NCBI GenBank assembly: GCA_963780855.1
Contig: CAWADF010000008.1
Location: 164,189-228,188 of the forward strand
DNA length: 64,000 nt
Source of the DNA: an uncultured Acidobacteriota bacterium
Lineage (GTDB): Bacteria > Acidobacteriota > Vicinamibacteria > Vicinamibacterales > SCN-69-37
Direction: 5' to 3'
The notes under the pieces are model-generated. The model was not told where the DNA came from and did no database searches. It saw nothing but the letters and a program-made list of their open reading frames with translations. Shown here piece by piece: positions 48,987 to 58,526 of this stretch (within the stretch, counting starts at the first letter, position 1; each line of letters starts with the position of its first letter). The position numbers and the translations under genes were made by a program.

Positions 48987-49526
48987 ATGTCGTCAACGTC
49001 AGCGCCGCCGGCGTGGGCCGTGGGCGCGTGCGCCGGCCTTCACGCGGCAGGCAGTCGTCATGTCGTCTACGTCCCGGACAACCCGTTGTCGCACGTGCTG
49101 CGCGTGCTTGGCGAACGCTACGCGGACGTGCAGACGACGATCGCCACGCGTGAGGAAGAGGCGTTCGGCATCGCGGCGGGGTTGTACCTGGGCGGTCAGC
49201 TGCCGACCGTCATGTTGCAGTCGAGCGGTCTCGGCAACTCGCTTAACGCGCTGACGTCGCTCCTCGTGCCCTACCAGATCCCGGCGCTGATCCTGGTCTC
49301 GATGCGCGGTGACGCGGGTGAGTGGAACTCGGCCCAAGTGCCCATGGGACGTGCGGTGGCGGCGATCTGCGAGGCGATCGGCGTGCCGGCGACAACCGTG
49401 ACGTCGGCGGAGGACACTGCCGAGACCGTCGCTCTCGTCGGCAGGACCGCGCGCATGACGCGGCTGCCCGGTGTGTGTCTGCTGCCCCGGCGAGTCACCG
49501 TGCCATCACCCAGGATGGCGTCGTGA
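48987..49526 (+). CDS. ThDP-dependent decarboxylase, alpha subunit (sulfopyruvate/phosphonopyruvate decarboxylase ComD-like, pyrimidine-binding half)
   Basis: In-frame ATG 48987 within track ORF 48867..49526(+), giving MSSTSAPPAWAVGACAGLHAAGSRHVVYVPDNPLSHVL..ATREEEAFGIAAGLYLGGQLPTVMLQSSGLGNSLNALTSLLVPYQIPALILVSMRG. At 179 aa it matches the size of split ComD subunits. Confidence 0.7.
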   Translation: MSSTSAPPAWAVGACAGLHAAGSRHVVYVPDNPLSHVLRVLGERYADVQTTIATREEEAFGIAAGLYLGGQLPTVMLQSSGLGNSLNALTSLLVPYQIPALILVSMRGDAGEWNSAQVPMGRAVAAICEAIGVPATTVTSAEDTAETVALVGRTARMTRLPGVCLLPRRVTVPSPRMAS

Positions 49527-50110
49527 CCCGGCTCGAGGCCACGCGTCATCTCGCACCGCTGCTCGGCAAGGCGGCGGTCGTCGCGAGTCTGGGCCATCCA
49601 GCCTACGACCTTTTTGCGACCGGCGACCGCGACACGTATTTCTACACGTGGGGCAGCATGGGGCTCGCGTCTTCGATTGGGCTCGGCCTCGCGATGGCGG
49701 AGCCCGAGCGGCGCGTGGTCGTCCTCGACGGCGACGGGTCGCTGCTGATGAATCTCGGGTCGCTCGCGACGATTGGTTGGGTTCGGCCGAAGAATCTCGT
49801 CGTCATCGTCTGGGACAACGGCGCGTACGGCACGACCGGCGGTCAGGACACGGCCACGGCGCACGGCGCGGACCTCGAAGCCGCGGCTCGCGCGCTGGGC
49901 ATTTCGGCGGCGACAACGGTGAAGACGCCGAAAGAGCTGGAGCACGCGATGACCCGCGCCGGTGTGGATGCGGGCCCGTGGGTGATCGTCGCGAAGGTCG
50001 AGGAATCGGCGCCGACGATGAAGCCGCCGCAGGATTGCGTGTTGATCAAGCAGCGATTCATGGCGGCGCTTGGCGTGCCGGAGGACGGGACTCGCGGGGG
50101 CAAGGCGTGA
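49523..50110 (+). CDS. ThDP-dependent decarboxylase, beta subunit (ComE-like, diphosphate-binding half)
   Basis: GTG 49523 overlaps the alpha-subunit stop (GTGA), in frame with track ORF 49322..50110(+). The ThDP motif is GSMGLASSIGLGLAMAEPERRVVVLDGDGSLLMNLGSLATIG...VIVWDNGAYGTTGGQ (GDG-X24-27-N). Length is 195 aa. Confidence 0.7.
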   Translation: MTRLEATRHLAPLLGKAAVVASLGHPAYDLFATGDRDTYFYTWGSMGLASSIGLGLAMAEPERRVVVLDGDGSLLMNLGSLATIGWVRPKNLVVIVWDNGAYGTTGGQDTATAHGADLEAAARALGISAATTVKTPKELEHAMTRAGVDAGPWVIVAKVEESAPTMKPPQDCVLIKQRFMAALGVPEDGTRGGKA

Positions 50111-51468
50111 GCGACGGATCGGCGCTGGCCCAGCTGGCGCGGTTCGTCGCGTCGTCCGCGCCGCCACCGGACGCGCGCACGCGCGCCGCCGCCGCGGTGC
50201 TCGACACGATCGGCGTCACGCTCGCCGGGACGATCGAGCCCGCGGCATCGATCGTCCGCACCCAGCTCGCTCCTCCCGGCGATCACGCCTGCGTCGTCTG
50301 GGGCGCCATGCGTCGTTCGACGCCCGGCGACGCGGCCCTGGCGAATGGCACGGCCGCGCACGCGCTCGACTACGACGACATGTGCTTCGTGTCGCTCGCG
50401 CATCCGAGCGCCCCGCTCGTGCCCGCGGTCGTGGCGGCCGCCGAAGTGGCTGCGGCGTCGGGTCGCGCCGCCCTCGAGGCGTACGTCGTCGGGTTCGAGG
50501 TGGAAGCCCGTCTCGGGCGCGTGATGAACCCGCGTCACTACCAGCGCGGCTGGCACTGCACGTCCACGCTGGGAACCATTGGCGCCGCGGCGGCGGCAAG
50601 CCGGCTGCTGGCCCTGGACGTCGGGGCGACCGCGCACGCGCTTGCCATCGCGGCGTCGGAAGCGTCGGGATTGAAAGAGAACTTCGGATCGATGGTCAAG
50701 CCGCTGCACGCGGGTCTGGCCGCCCGAAACGGCGTGCTCGCCGCGCTGCTCGCCCGCGCCGGCATGACCGCTTCCGCCCGGGCCATCGACGGTCCGCAGG
50801 GTCTGCTCGCCGCGATGGACAGCGCGGGTGCCGATCTCGCGCACGAGACGGCCGATCTCGGCAGGCGCTGGGAGATGCTCGACACCGGGATCACGGTGAA
50901 GTTGTATCCGTCGTGCGCCGGCACGCACCCGACGCTCGATGCCCTGCTCGATCTGAAATCACGCGATCGGTTTGCCGAGGAGGACGTCGATCGCGTCGAG
51001 GTCGACGTGGATCCGGTCGTGCCCACCATCTTGATTTACGACCGGCCGACGAACGCCCTCGAGGCCAAGTTCAGCCTGCCGTTCTGTGCGGCGGCCGCGG
51101 TCGTGTTCGGCGCCGTGGGCATCGACACCTTCGACGAGGAGCGAATCGCCGACGCGCGCGTCGCGTCCTTGATGCCAAGAGTGACCATGCGCGTGGATCC
51201 GACGGTCGGTCAGAACGCGCCGGCGCTGACGGAGGCGCGCGTGCGGGTGTTCCTGCGCGACGGTCGCGTGCTCGCGCAGCAGGCCCACGGCGCTCGTGGC
51301 TACCCGGCGCGGCCCGCCAGCGACGCGGAGCTCGACGCGAAATTCATGGCGTGCGCCACGCGCGCCCTGGCCACGGCGAGGGCCGCCGAGGTCCTCGCGA
51401 TCGTCCGCAGCGTGGACACCTTGACGGACGTCCGGGCGCTGACCGCGCGATTGAGCGCGATCGGCTGA
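50107..51468 (+). CDS. MmgE/PrpD-family protein (2-methylcitrate dehydratase superfamily)
   Basis: GTG 50107 overlaps the beta-subunit stop (GTGA), in frame with track ORF 49471..51468(+). Blocks are ..AAVLDTIGVTLAG.., ..ANGTAAHALDYDD.., ..GWHCTSTLGTIGAAAAASRLL.., ..GSMVKPLHAGLAARNGVLAALLA.. and ..VKLYPSCAGTHPTLDA.. Length is 453 aa. Confidence 0.85.
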   Translation: MSDGSALAQLARFVASSAPPPDARTRAAAAVLDTIGVTLAGTIEPAASIVRTQLAPPGDHACVVWGAMRRSTPGDAALANGTAAHALDYDDMCFVSLAHPSAPLVPAVVAAAEVAAASGRAALEAYVVGFEVEARLGRVMNPRHYQRGWHCTSTLGTIGAAAAASRLLALDVGATAHALAIAASEASGLKENFGSMVKPLHAGLAARNGVLAALLARAGMTASARAIDGPQGLLAAMDSAGADLAHETADLGRRWEMLDTGITVKLYPSCAGTHPTLDALLDLKSRDRFAEEDVDRVEVDVDPVVPTILIYDRPTNALEAKFSLPFCAAAAVVFGAVGIDTFDEERIADARVASLMPRVTMRVDPTVGQNAPALTEARVRVFLRDGRVLAQQAHGARGYPARPASDAELDAKFMACATRALATARAAEVLAIVRSVDTLTDVRALTARLSAIG

Positions 51469-51499
51469 GTGTCGCGTCGGGTCGGGTCTCGATTCGGTC

Positions 51500-52000
51500 T
51501 CAGGTCTTCGGCGACCGCCGCGCGTCCGCCGGGACGTGCCCGCGCTTCCAGATCAGGAACGTTCGACGGAATTCGATCACGACGTCGCCGTGCTGGTTGA
51601 GCCCGGTCGTCTTGACACTGACGATGCCTTGCGCCGGCCGGGACTTCGACTCCCGCGTCTCGAGGACCTCGCTCTTCGCGTAGATCGTGTCGCCCTCGAA
51701 GACCGGATGGGGCAGCGTGATGTCGGTCCAGCCAAGGTTGGCCACGCCGTTCACCGTGAGATCGATCACCGACTGTCCGGTGACGAGCGCCAGCGTGAAG
51801 CACGAGTTGACGAGCGGGCGCTTGAATTCGGTGTGGCTCGCGTATTCCGCGTCGAAGTGGATCGGATTGGTGTTCATCGTCAGGCAGGTGAACCAGATGT
51901 TGTCGGCCTGCGTGATCGTGCGTCCGAGCGGGTGCTCGTAGACGTCGCCCACCGCGAAGTCTTCGAAGACGCGCCCGGTCCAGCCAGGTTTGACGGCCAT
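51500..52000 (-). CDS. MaoC-family enoyl-CoA hydratase/dehydratase (hot-dog fold; itaconyl-/mesaconyl-CoA hydratase-like)
   Basis: Track ORF 51500..52000(-), 166 aa, giving ..GRTITQADNIWFTCLTMNTNPIHFDAEYA..LVNSCFTLALVTGQSV.. The start overlaps the CoA-transferase stop by 1 nt (TGATG). Confidence 0.8.
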   Translation of the reverse strand: MAVKPGWTGRVFEDFAVGDVYEHPLGRTITQADNIWFTCLTMNTNPIHFDAEYASHTEFKRPLVNSCFTLALVTGQSVIDLTVNGVANLGWTDITLPHPVFEGDTIYAKSEVLETRESKSRPAQGIVSVKTTGLNQHGDVVIEFRRTFLIWKRGHVPADARRSPKT

Positions 52001-53178
52001 CAGATCGTCCCCTCCGCGCGCCAGGCCGAGATGGCCTCCGCGTCAAAGCCGAGTTCGCCAAGGATCGCGTCGGTGTGCGCTCCAAGCGCGGGCACGGCGT
52101 CAAGTCGCGGCTCGACGTCGTCGATCTGGACCGGCGGCACCAGCGTCCGGATGCGGCCCGCGGGCGAGTCGATCTCGCGCCAGCGGCGCCGCGCCGTGAG
52201 CTGCGGGTGAGCGATGAACGCCGGCATCGTCTTCATCCGCGCATACGCGATCTGCGCGGTTTCGAGGCGCGCGACGAGCTCGCGTGTCGTCAGCGTGCCG
52301 ACGACGGCGGCGATCGCCTCGTCAAGTGCGGCGCGATTTGTCACGCGCAGCGAGTTGGTCGCGAAACGGGCGTCAGCAGCGACCTCGGCGTGGCGGAGCA
52401 CGTCGGTGCAGAGACGCACCCACTCACGGGCGTTCTGCACGGCCACGAAGACCGTGTCGCCTTCGCTCGTCGTGACCGGGCCGTACGGCGCGATCGACGC
52501 GTGGTTGAGGCCGCTGCGGCTCGGCGCGCGCCCGCCGTACGCCGTATACGCGGCAGGCGCGCCCATCCACTCGGCGAGGGCGTCGAAGAGCGACACGTCC
52601 ACCGTCGCCCCGCGACCGGAGGAGGCGCGGGAATAGAGCGCGGTGAGGACGCCTGAAAACGCGTACATCCCCGCCGAGATATCGGCGACCGAGATGCCGA
52701 CCTTTGCCGGCGCGTCGCTCGTGCCCGTGAGCGACAGCAGCCCGACCTCGCTCTGCACGAGCAGATCGTACGCCTTGCGATCGGCGTACGGGCCGGACGA
52801 GCCGTAGCCCGAGACCGAACAGACAATGAGCGCGGGGTAGCGGGCGCGAAGATCCCCGGGCGCGGTGCCGAGCCGATCGGCCGCCCCGGGCGCGACATTC
52901 TGCACGAAGACGTCCGCCCGCGCGAGCAGTCGATCGAGCACCGCGGCGGCGCCGGGCTTCTTGAGATCGAGCGTCAGTGATTCCTTCGACCGGTTGAGCC
53001 AGACGAAGTAGCTCGACAGGCCGTTGACCGTCGCGTCGTAGCTTCGCGCGAAGTCGCCGGTGCCGGGACGCTCGATCTTGATGACGCGCGCGCCCAGGTC
53101 CGCGAGCTGCCGGGTCGCGAACGGCGCCGCGACCGCCTGCTCGACCGCGACGACGGTGACGCCCTCGAGCGGCCTCAT
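52000..53178 (-). CDS. Family III CoA-transferase (CaiB/BaiF family)
   Basis: Track ORF 52000..53178(-), 392 aa, giving MRPLEGVTVVAVEQAVAAPFATRQLADLGARVIKIERPGTGDFAR..YFVWLNRSKESLTLDLK..ADVFVQNVAPGAADRLG.. Confidence 0.9.
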   Translation of the reverse strand: MRPLEGVTVVAVEQAVAAPFATRQLADLGARVIKIERPGTGDFARSYDATVNGLSSYFVWLNRSKESLTLDLKKPGAAAVLDRLLARADVFVQNVAPGAADRLGTAPGDLRARYPALIVCSVSGYGSSGPYADRKAYDLLVQSEVGLLSLTGTSDAPAKVGISVADISAGMYAFSGVLTALYSRASSGRGATVDVSLFDALAEWMGAPAAYTAYGGRAPSRSGLNHASIAPYGPVTTSEGDTVFVAVQNAREWVRLCTDVLRHAEVAADARFATNSLRVTNRAALDEAIAAVVGTLTTRELVARLETAQIAYARMKTMPAFIAHPQLTARRRWREIDSPAGRIRTLVPPVQIDDVEPRLDAVPALGAHTDAILGELGFDAEAISAWRAEGTI

Positions 53179-53238
53179 GCGCCGGAGCTCCCGGTGACGC
53201 CGGCCCCACCCTGAGATCGGACGCCGACCGGTTGGTCG

Positions 53239-54417
53239 TCAGTACGATCGCGGCAGGCCAAGAACGTGTTCGCCCACATAGGCCAGAATCAGGTTCGTCG
53301 AAATCGGCGCCACCTGGTACAGTTTCGTCTCCCTGAACTTCCGCTCGATGTCGTAGTCCTCCGCAAAGCCGAAGCCGCCATACGTCTGGACCGCGACGTT
53401 GGCCGCTTCCCACGACGCGTCCGCGGCGAGCAGCTTCGCCATGTTGGCCTCCGCCCCGCAGGGCTGGCCTCGGTCGAACAGGGTCGCAGCCTTGATGCGC
53501 ATCAGGTCCGCCGACTCGATGTTCACGTGCGCCCGTGCGATGGGAAACTGCACGCCCTGGTTCTGGCCGATCGGCCGGCCGAAGACGACGCGATCGTTCG
53601 CGTACTTCGTCGCACGCTCGATGAACCAGCGACCGTCGCCGATGCACTCCGCCGCAATCAGGATGCGCTCGGCGTTCAGCCCGTCGAGCAGGTACCGGAA
53701 CCCCTTGCCCTCTTCGCCCACGAGCGCCGACGCCGGCACTTCGAGATCGTCGAAGAACAGCTCCGTCGTCGCGTGATTCATCATCGTCCGGATGGGCCGG
53801 ATCGTCAGCCCGTGGCCGACGGCGGCGCGAAGATCCACGAGAAAGATTGAGAGGCCGTCGCCGCGTTTCTTGACCTGATCGATCGGCGTCGTCCGCGCGA
53901 CGAGCAGCAGCAGGTCCGAGTGTTCGGCGCGCGAGATCCAGACCTTCTGGCCGCGGACGACGTAGGTGTCGCCCTTGCGGACGGCCATCGTCTTGAGCTG
54001 CGTGGTGTCCGACCCCGTCGTCGGCTCGCTGACGCCGAACGCCTGCAGGCGCAGCGCGCCGCTCGCGATCTTTGGCAGGTACTCGCGCTTCTGCGCGTCG
54101 GAGCCGTGCCGGAGCAGCGTGCCCATCGTGTACATCTGCGCGTGGCACGCGCCGGCGTTCGCGCCGCTGCGGTTGATCTCCTCGAGGATGACCGCGGCCT
54201 CCGTGACGCCGAGCCCCGAGCCTCCGAACTCCTCGGGGATCAGCGCCGCAAGATAGCCGGCGTCGGTCAGCGCCTTGACGAACGCCTCAGGATAGGCGCG
54301 CCTGGCGTCCAGTTCCCGCCAGTACGCATCGGGGAACGAGCGGCAGAGATCGCGAACGGCCGAACGCAGCTCCTGATGGGCGTCGTCGTCGGGTGTCGAG
54401 GACACGCCGGGAATCAT
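53239..54417 (-). CDS. Acyl-CoA dehydrogenase
   Basis: Track ORF 53239..54417(-), 392 aa. Blocks are ..LQAFGVSEPTTGSDTTQLKTMAV.., ..KVWISRAEHSD.., ..GRPIGQNQGVQFPIARA.. and ..QTYGGFGFAEDYDIERKFRETKLYQVAPISTN.. Confidence 0.9.
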   Translation of the reverse strand: MIPGVSSTPDDDAHQELRSAVRDLCRSFPDAYWRELDARRAYPEAFVKALTDAGYLAALIPEEFGGSGLGVTEAAVILEEINRSGANAGACHAQMYTMGTLLRHGSDAQKREYLPKIASGALRLQAFGVSEPTTGSDTTQLKTMAVRKGDTYVVRGQKVWISRAEHSDLLLLVARTTPIDQVKKRGDGLSIFLVDLRAAVGHGLTIRPIRTMMNHATTELFFDDLEVPASALVGEEGKGFRYLLDGLNAERILIAAECIGDGRWFIERATKYANDRVVFGRPIGQNQGVQFPIARAHVNIESADLMRIKAATLFDRGQPCGAEANMAKLLAADASWEAANVAVQTYGGFGFAEDYDIERKFRETKLYQVAPISTNLILAYVGEHVLGLPRSY

Positions 54418-54509
54418 ATCGCGCGCATGTCGAGCCGATGACCCGTCGGTCGGCCAATCATGACGACCCCCTAAGTCGAAAGCTGCGTGGCCTGCGAGCT
54501 CGATCCGGT

Positions 54510-56126
54510 GTGGAGTACCATGGCCGCCTTGTGGGTGGCCTGGCGGATCAGCTGATCGGTCGGCTGCGCGGGGTCGGCACGCGCGCGCTGTTCGGCGTGC
54601 CCGGTGGCGGCGGCAATCTGCGCCTGATCGAGGCGGCCGGCCGGGCCGGGCTGCCGTTCGTGCTGACCGCGACGGAAACGGCCGGCGCCATCGCCGCCAT
54701 CGCGCAGTCCGAGGTGACTGGCAGCCCCGGCGCGTGCCTGACGACGCTCGGTCCAGGCGCGGCGTCGGTGGTGAACGGCGTCGCGTGCGCGTTTCTCGAG
54801 CGCGCGCCGATCTTCGTGTTCACCGACACGTACGCATCTGCGGACGCCGGCACGTTCGAGCACCAGGCCATCTCGCACACGGCGCTCTTTCAGCGCGTGA
54901 CGTCGCGGTCGCTGAGCCTGGCGCCCGATCACGCGTTCGCGTCGATCGACCAGGCGTTCACGGCCATGGCGACGCCGCCGCCCGGGCCCGTGCATTTCGA
55001 CTGTCCGGCCGACTTCGAATCCGGCGCCAGACCGAAGGCCTGGCTCGTCGGCCGATCGCATGGACCGGACGCCGAGGCGCCGGACCTCGTGCGGCTGGAG
55101 CGCCTGCTGGAGCGATCGGCCAAGCCACTCGTGATCGTCGGGCTGGCCGCGCGACGTCCGGAGGACGCCGCCGCGATTCGACAGCTTTGTGAGCGGCACG
55201 ACCTGCCCGCGATGGTCACGTACAAGGCGAAGGGCGTCGTCCCCGACAGCCACCGGTGCTTTGCCGGGATCTTCACCAACGGAGCGATCGAGCGCGAGAT
55301 CATCGACGAGAGCGATCTGCTGATCGGCATCGGCCTGGATCCCGTCGAGCTGCTGCCGCGGCCCTGGACGGTCGCGCCCGCCATCGTCGGCATCGCCGCC
55401 TGGGCGATGTCCACCGAGCACGTGCCGTTCAGCGTCCAGTGGGTGAGCGAGATTCCCGCCGCGCTCGGCCGGCTCGACGGCTGGCTTGGCCCCTCCGGCT
55501 GGGATCTGTCGGAGGTCGCGCATACCGTGCGCGAGCAGCGTCGGCGGATCGACATCGCGGCGCCCGGCCTCACGCCCCAGCGCGTCGTCGACGTCGCGGC
55601 CGAGGCGCTGGCGGCGACGAGTCGCGTCACCATCGACGCGGGCGCGCACATGTTTCCGGCCACGATGGGGTGGCCGGCGGCCGCGCCCAACGATCTGCTG
55701 ATCTCGAACGGGCTCTCGACGATGGGCTTCGCGCTGCCGGCGGCGATCGGCGCGGCCCTCGTCGATCGCGAGCGACCGGTGGTCGCGCTGACGGGCGACG
55801 GCGGTCTGCTGATGTGCGCGGGCGAGCTGCTGACGGCGGCCCGCGAGCAGCTGCGTGTGATCGTGGTCGTCTTCAACGACGCGGCGCTGAGCCTGATCGA
55901 GATCAAGCAGCAGGCGCGCAAGCTGCCGCCGGCCGGCGTCGCGCTGGGCGCGGTCCGGTGGGCCGCGCTTGCGGAGAGTCTGGGCGTCGCCGGATTCGAG
56001 GCGTCGACCGCCGACGAGCTGAGCGGCGCGATCGAGCGCGCATCAGCCTGCAACGGGCCGGCACTCATCGACGTCAAGGTCGATCGATCCACCTATGGCA
56101 ATGTGCTCGAGATCATTCGCGGGTAG
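54510..56126 (+). CDS. ThDP-dependent enzyme of the acetolactate synthase / glyoxylate carboligase / sulfoacetaldehyde acetyltransferase superfamily; start uncertain
   Basis: Track ORF 54393..56126(+). Candidate starts are ATG 54438, GTG 54510 and GTG 54531. The N-terminal domain is ..LADQLIGRLRGVGTRALFGVPGGGGNL..ETAGAIAAIAQSEVTGSPGACLTTLGPGAASVVNGVACA.. The C-terminal ThDP motif is LTGDGGLLMCAGELLTAAREQLRVIVVVFNDAALSLI. Confidence 0.75.
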   Translation: MEYHGRLVGGLADQLIGRLRGVGTRALFGVPGGGGNLRLIEAAGRAGLPFVLTATETAGAIAAIAQSEVTGSPGACLTTLGPGAASVVNGVACAFLERAPIFVFTDTYASADAGTFEHQAISHTALFQRVTSRSLSLAPDHAFASIDQAFTAMATPPPGPVHFDCPADFESGARPKAWLVGRSHGPDAEAPDLVRLERLLERSAKPLVIVGLAARRPEDAAAIRQLCERHDLPAMVTYKAKGVVPDSHRCFAGIFTNGAIEREIIDESDLLIGIGLDPVELLPRPWTVAPAIVGIAAWAMSTEHVPFSVQWVSEIPAALGRLDGWLGPSGWDLSEVAHTVREQRRRIDIAAPGLTPQRVVDVAAEALAATSRVTIDAGAHMFPATMGWPAAAPNDLLISNGLSTMGFALPAAIGAALVDRERPVVALTGDGGLLMCAGELLTAAREQLRVIVVVFNDAALSLIEIKQQARKLPPAGVALGAVRWAALAESLGVAGFEASTADELSGAIERASACNGPALIDVKVDRSTYGNVLEIIRG

Positions 56127-56129
56127 ACC

Positions 56130-57572
56130 ATGACCGAACACCTCATCATCAACGGTTCGCGCGTGCCGGCGTCCGACGCCGGCACGTTCGACGTCTTCGA
56201 CCCCTCGTCCGGCGACGTGCTCGCGACCGTGTCGAAGGCGACCGCGACGGACGTCGATCGCGCGGTCCAGGCCGCGCAGGCGGCATTCGACGGCAAGGCC
56301 TGGGGCGGCATCGCGCCGGCCGAGCGCGGGCGCATCATGCAGCGCATCGCGCAGGCGCTTCGGGATCGCGCCGAGGAGCTGGCCACGCTCGAGAGCCGGG
56401 ACAACGGCAAGCCGCTGCGGCAGGCGCGCACCGACGTCCAGGTGGCGGCGCGGTACTTCGAGTTCTTTGCGGGCGTCGCCGACAAGATCATGGGGAACAC
56501 CATCCCCCTCGGCCCGGGATTTCTCGACTACACGATTCGCGAGCCCATCGGGGTGTCCGCGCAAATCGTGCCCTGGAACTATCCGATCCAGATCGGCGCG
56601 CGCGGCGCGGCGCCGGCGCTGGCGGCCGGGTGCACCGTGGTGCTCAAGCCGTCGAGCGAGGCGCCGATGACGGCGCTGCGGCTCGGGGAAATCGCGCTCG
56701 CGTGCGGCTTGCCGCCGGGAGTGCTGAACGTCGTGCCGGGCACGGGATCGGAAGCGGGCGTCGCGCTGGCGAGTCATCACGACGTCAACCAGTTGACGTT
56801 CACCGGGTCGGTGGCCGTCGGCGTGCAAGTGGCGACGATGGCCGCCCAGAACGTCGTGCCGGTCGTCATGGAGCTGGGGGGCAAGTCGCCGAACATTGTC
56901 TTTGCGGACGCGGATCTCGATCTCGCCGTGCAAGGCGTCGCCACCGCGATCTTCCAGAACGCCGGCCAGACGTGCTCCGCGGGATCGCGCCTCCTGGTCG
57001 AGCGATCCGCGCACGGCGCGCTCGTCGATCGACTGGCCACCCGCGCGAAATCGATGCGCGTCGGGCCGGGCGTCAGCGACCCGGACATGGGGCCGATCAT
57101 CTCGAAGCGACAGCTCGAGACGATCGAACGCTACGTGCAGGAGGGCGCGGCCGAGGGCGCACACGTCGCCGCCGGCGGCGCGAGGCCGTCGGATCCCGCG
57201 CTGGCGCGCGGCTTCTACTTCCAGCCGACGCTGCTCGACGCGGTGTCGCCGGACATGCGCGTCGCGCGCGAGGAGATCTTCGGACCCGTGCTCGCCATCA
57301 TCGACTTCGACGACCTGGACGAGGCGGCGGCGCTGGCCAACCGCAGCGACTACGGGCTGGTCGCGGGCATCTGGACGCGCGACATCAACAAGGCGATGAC
57401 GCTGGCGGCGCGAATCAAGTCGGGGCAGGTGTACATCAACACGTACGGCGCGGGCGGCGGCGTGGAGCTGCCGTTCGGCGGGTACAAGAAGAGCGGATAC
57501 GGGCGGGAGAAGGGCCTCGAGTCGCTGGCCAGTTACACGCAGGTGAAGAATGTCTGCGTGAAGTACGCGTGA
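56130..57572 (+). CDS. NAD(P)-dependent aldehyde dehydrogenase
   Basis: Track ORF 56130..57572(+), 480 aa. Blocks are ..VPWNYPIQIG.., ..VMELGGKSPNIVFADADLD.. and ..GQTCSAGSRLLV.. (catalytic Cys and Glu boxes). It starts 3 nt after the preceding stop. Confidence 0.9.
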   Translation: MTEHLIINGSRVPASDAGTFDVFDPSSGDVLATVSKATATDVDRAVQAAQAAFDGKAWGGIAPAERGRIMQRIAQALRDRAEELATLESRDNGKPLRQARTDVQVAARYFEFFAGVADKIMGNTIPLGPGFLDYTIREPIGVSAQIVPWNYPIQIGARGAAPALAAGCTVVLKPSSEAPMTALRLGEIALACGLPPGVLNVVPGTGSEAGVALASHHDVNQLTFTGSVAVGVQVATMAAQNVVPVVMELGGKSPNIVFADADLDLAVQGVATAIFQNAGQTCSAGSRLLVERSAHGALVDRLATRAKSMRVGPGVSDPDMGPIISKRQLETIERYVQEGAAEGAHVAAGGARPSDPALARGFYFQPTLLDAVSPDMRVAREEIFGPVLAIIDFDDLDEAAALANRSDYGLVAGIWTRDINKAMTLAARIKSGQVYINTYGAGGGVELPFGGYKKSGYGREKGLESLASYTQVKNVCVKYA

Positions 57573-57626
57573 TCGCGCCGGCTGCCCATCTGACGCCCGC
57601 GCCGGTCGCTCGCGAAGGAGCCGCAC

Positions 57627-58520
57627 ATGACCATTGGATTCATCGGACTCGGCAACATGGGACGGCCCATGGCGTCGAATCTCGTGCGGAAGGGCTTTCA
57701 CCTGCGCGTGCACGATGTCGATCGCGATCGCGTCAGGGCGCTCGAGGCGCTCGGCGCGCAGGCGGCGGCGGACGCGCGCGGCGTGGCAGGGGCCTGCGAC
57801 GTCGTCTTCACCATGTTGCCCGATTCGGCGAGCGTGCTCGAAGTCATCGGCGGGCGGGGCGGCCTGATCGAGCACGGCCGCGCCGGACAGACGATTGTCG
57901 ACATGAGCACGATCGATCCGATCATCACCGATCGATTGGCCGCAGAGTCGGCAGCGTCGGGCATGGCGTTCGCCGACGCGCCAGTCGGACGACTCGCGAG
58001 CCACGCCGAGCGGGGCGAGTCGCTCTTCATGGTCGGCGCCGCCCCGGACGTCTTCGAACGCATCAAGCCCATGCTCGACGCCATGGGCACGACGATTCAT
58101 CACTGCGGCGCGGTCGGCACCGGGATGCGGACCAAGCTGGTCAACAACTACCTGGCGATCATCTCGTGCGCGTTCAACGCGGAGGCGGTGGCGCTGTCGC
58201 AGCGGTTCGGGCTGGCGCTCGAGAAGACGCTCGACGTGGTGCACGGCACGACCGCGACGAACGGACAGCTCAAGATCGCCTGGCCGTCCAAGGTCCTCCA
58301 GGGCGACGTCGCGCCTGGCTTCACGATCGACCTGGCACACAAGGATCTGACGCTCATCGTCGATGCCGCCAACGCCGTGAAGGTGCCGGTGCCGATTGCG
58401 GCGGCGGCACGGGAGTCGTACAGCGCGGCGCGCAGCCGCGGGCGGGGCGGCCAGGATTTCTCGGCGATGGCCGATGCACTCTGCGATGACGCCGGCATCA
58501 CGCGGCCGAGGCTAAAGTAG
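57627..58520 (+). CDS. Beta-hydroxyacid dehydrogenase (3-hydroxyisobutyrate / tartronate-semialdehyde / sulfolactaldehyde reductase family)
   Basis: Track ORF 57627..58520(+), 297 aa. The Rossmann start is MTIGFIGLGNMGRPMASNL. Further blocks are ..VDMSTIDP.. and ..GTGMRTKLVNNYL.. Confidence 0.85.
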   Translation: MTIGFIGLGNMGRPMASNLVRKGFHLRVHDVDRDRVRALEALGAQAAADARGVAGACDVVFTMLPDSASVLEVIGGRGGLIEHGRAGQTIVDMSTIDPIITDRLAAESAASGMAFADAPVGRLASHAERGESLFMVGAAPDVFERIKPMLDAMGTTIHHCGAVGTGMRTKLVNNYLAIISCAFNAEAVALSQRFGLALEKTLDVVHGTTATNGQLKIAWPSKVLQGDVAPGFTIDLAHKDLTLIVDAANAVKVPVPIAAAARESYSAARSRGRGGQDFSAMADALCDDAGITRPRLK

Positions 58521-58526
58521 AAGATC

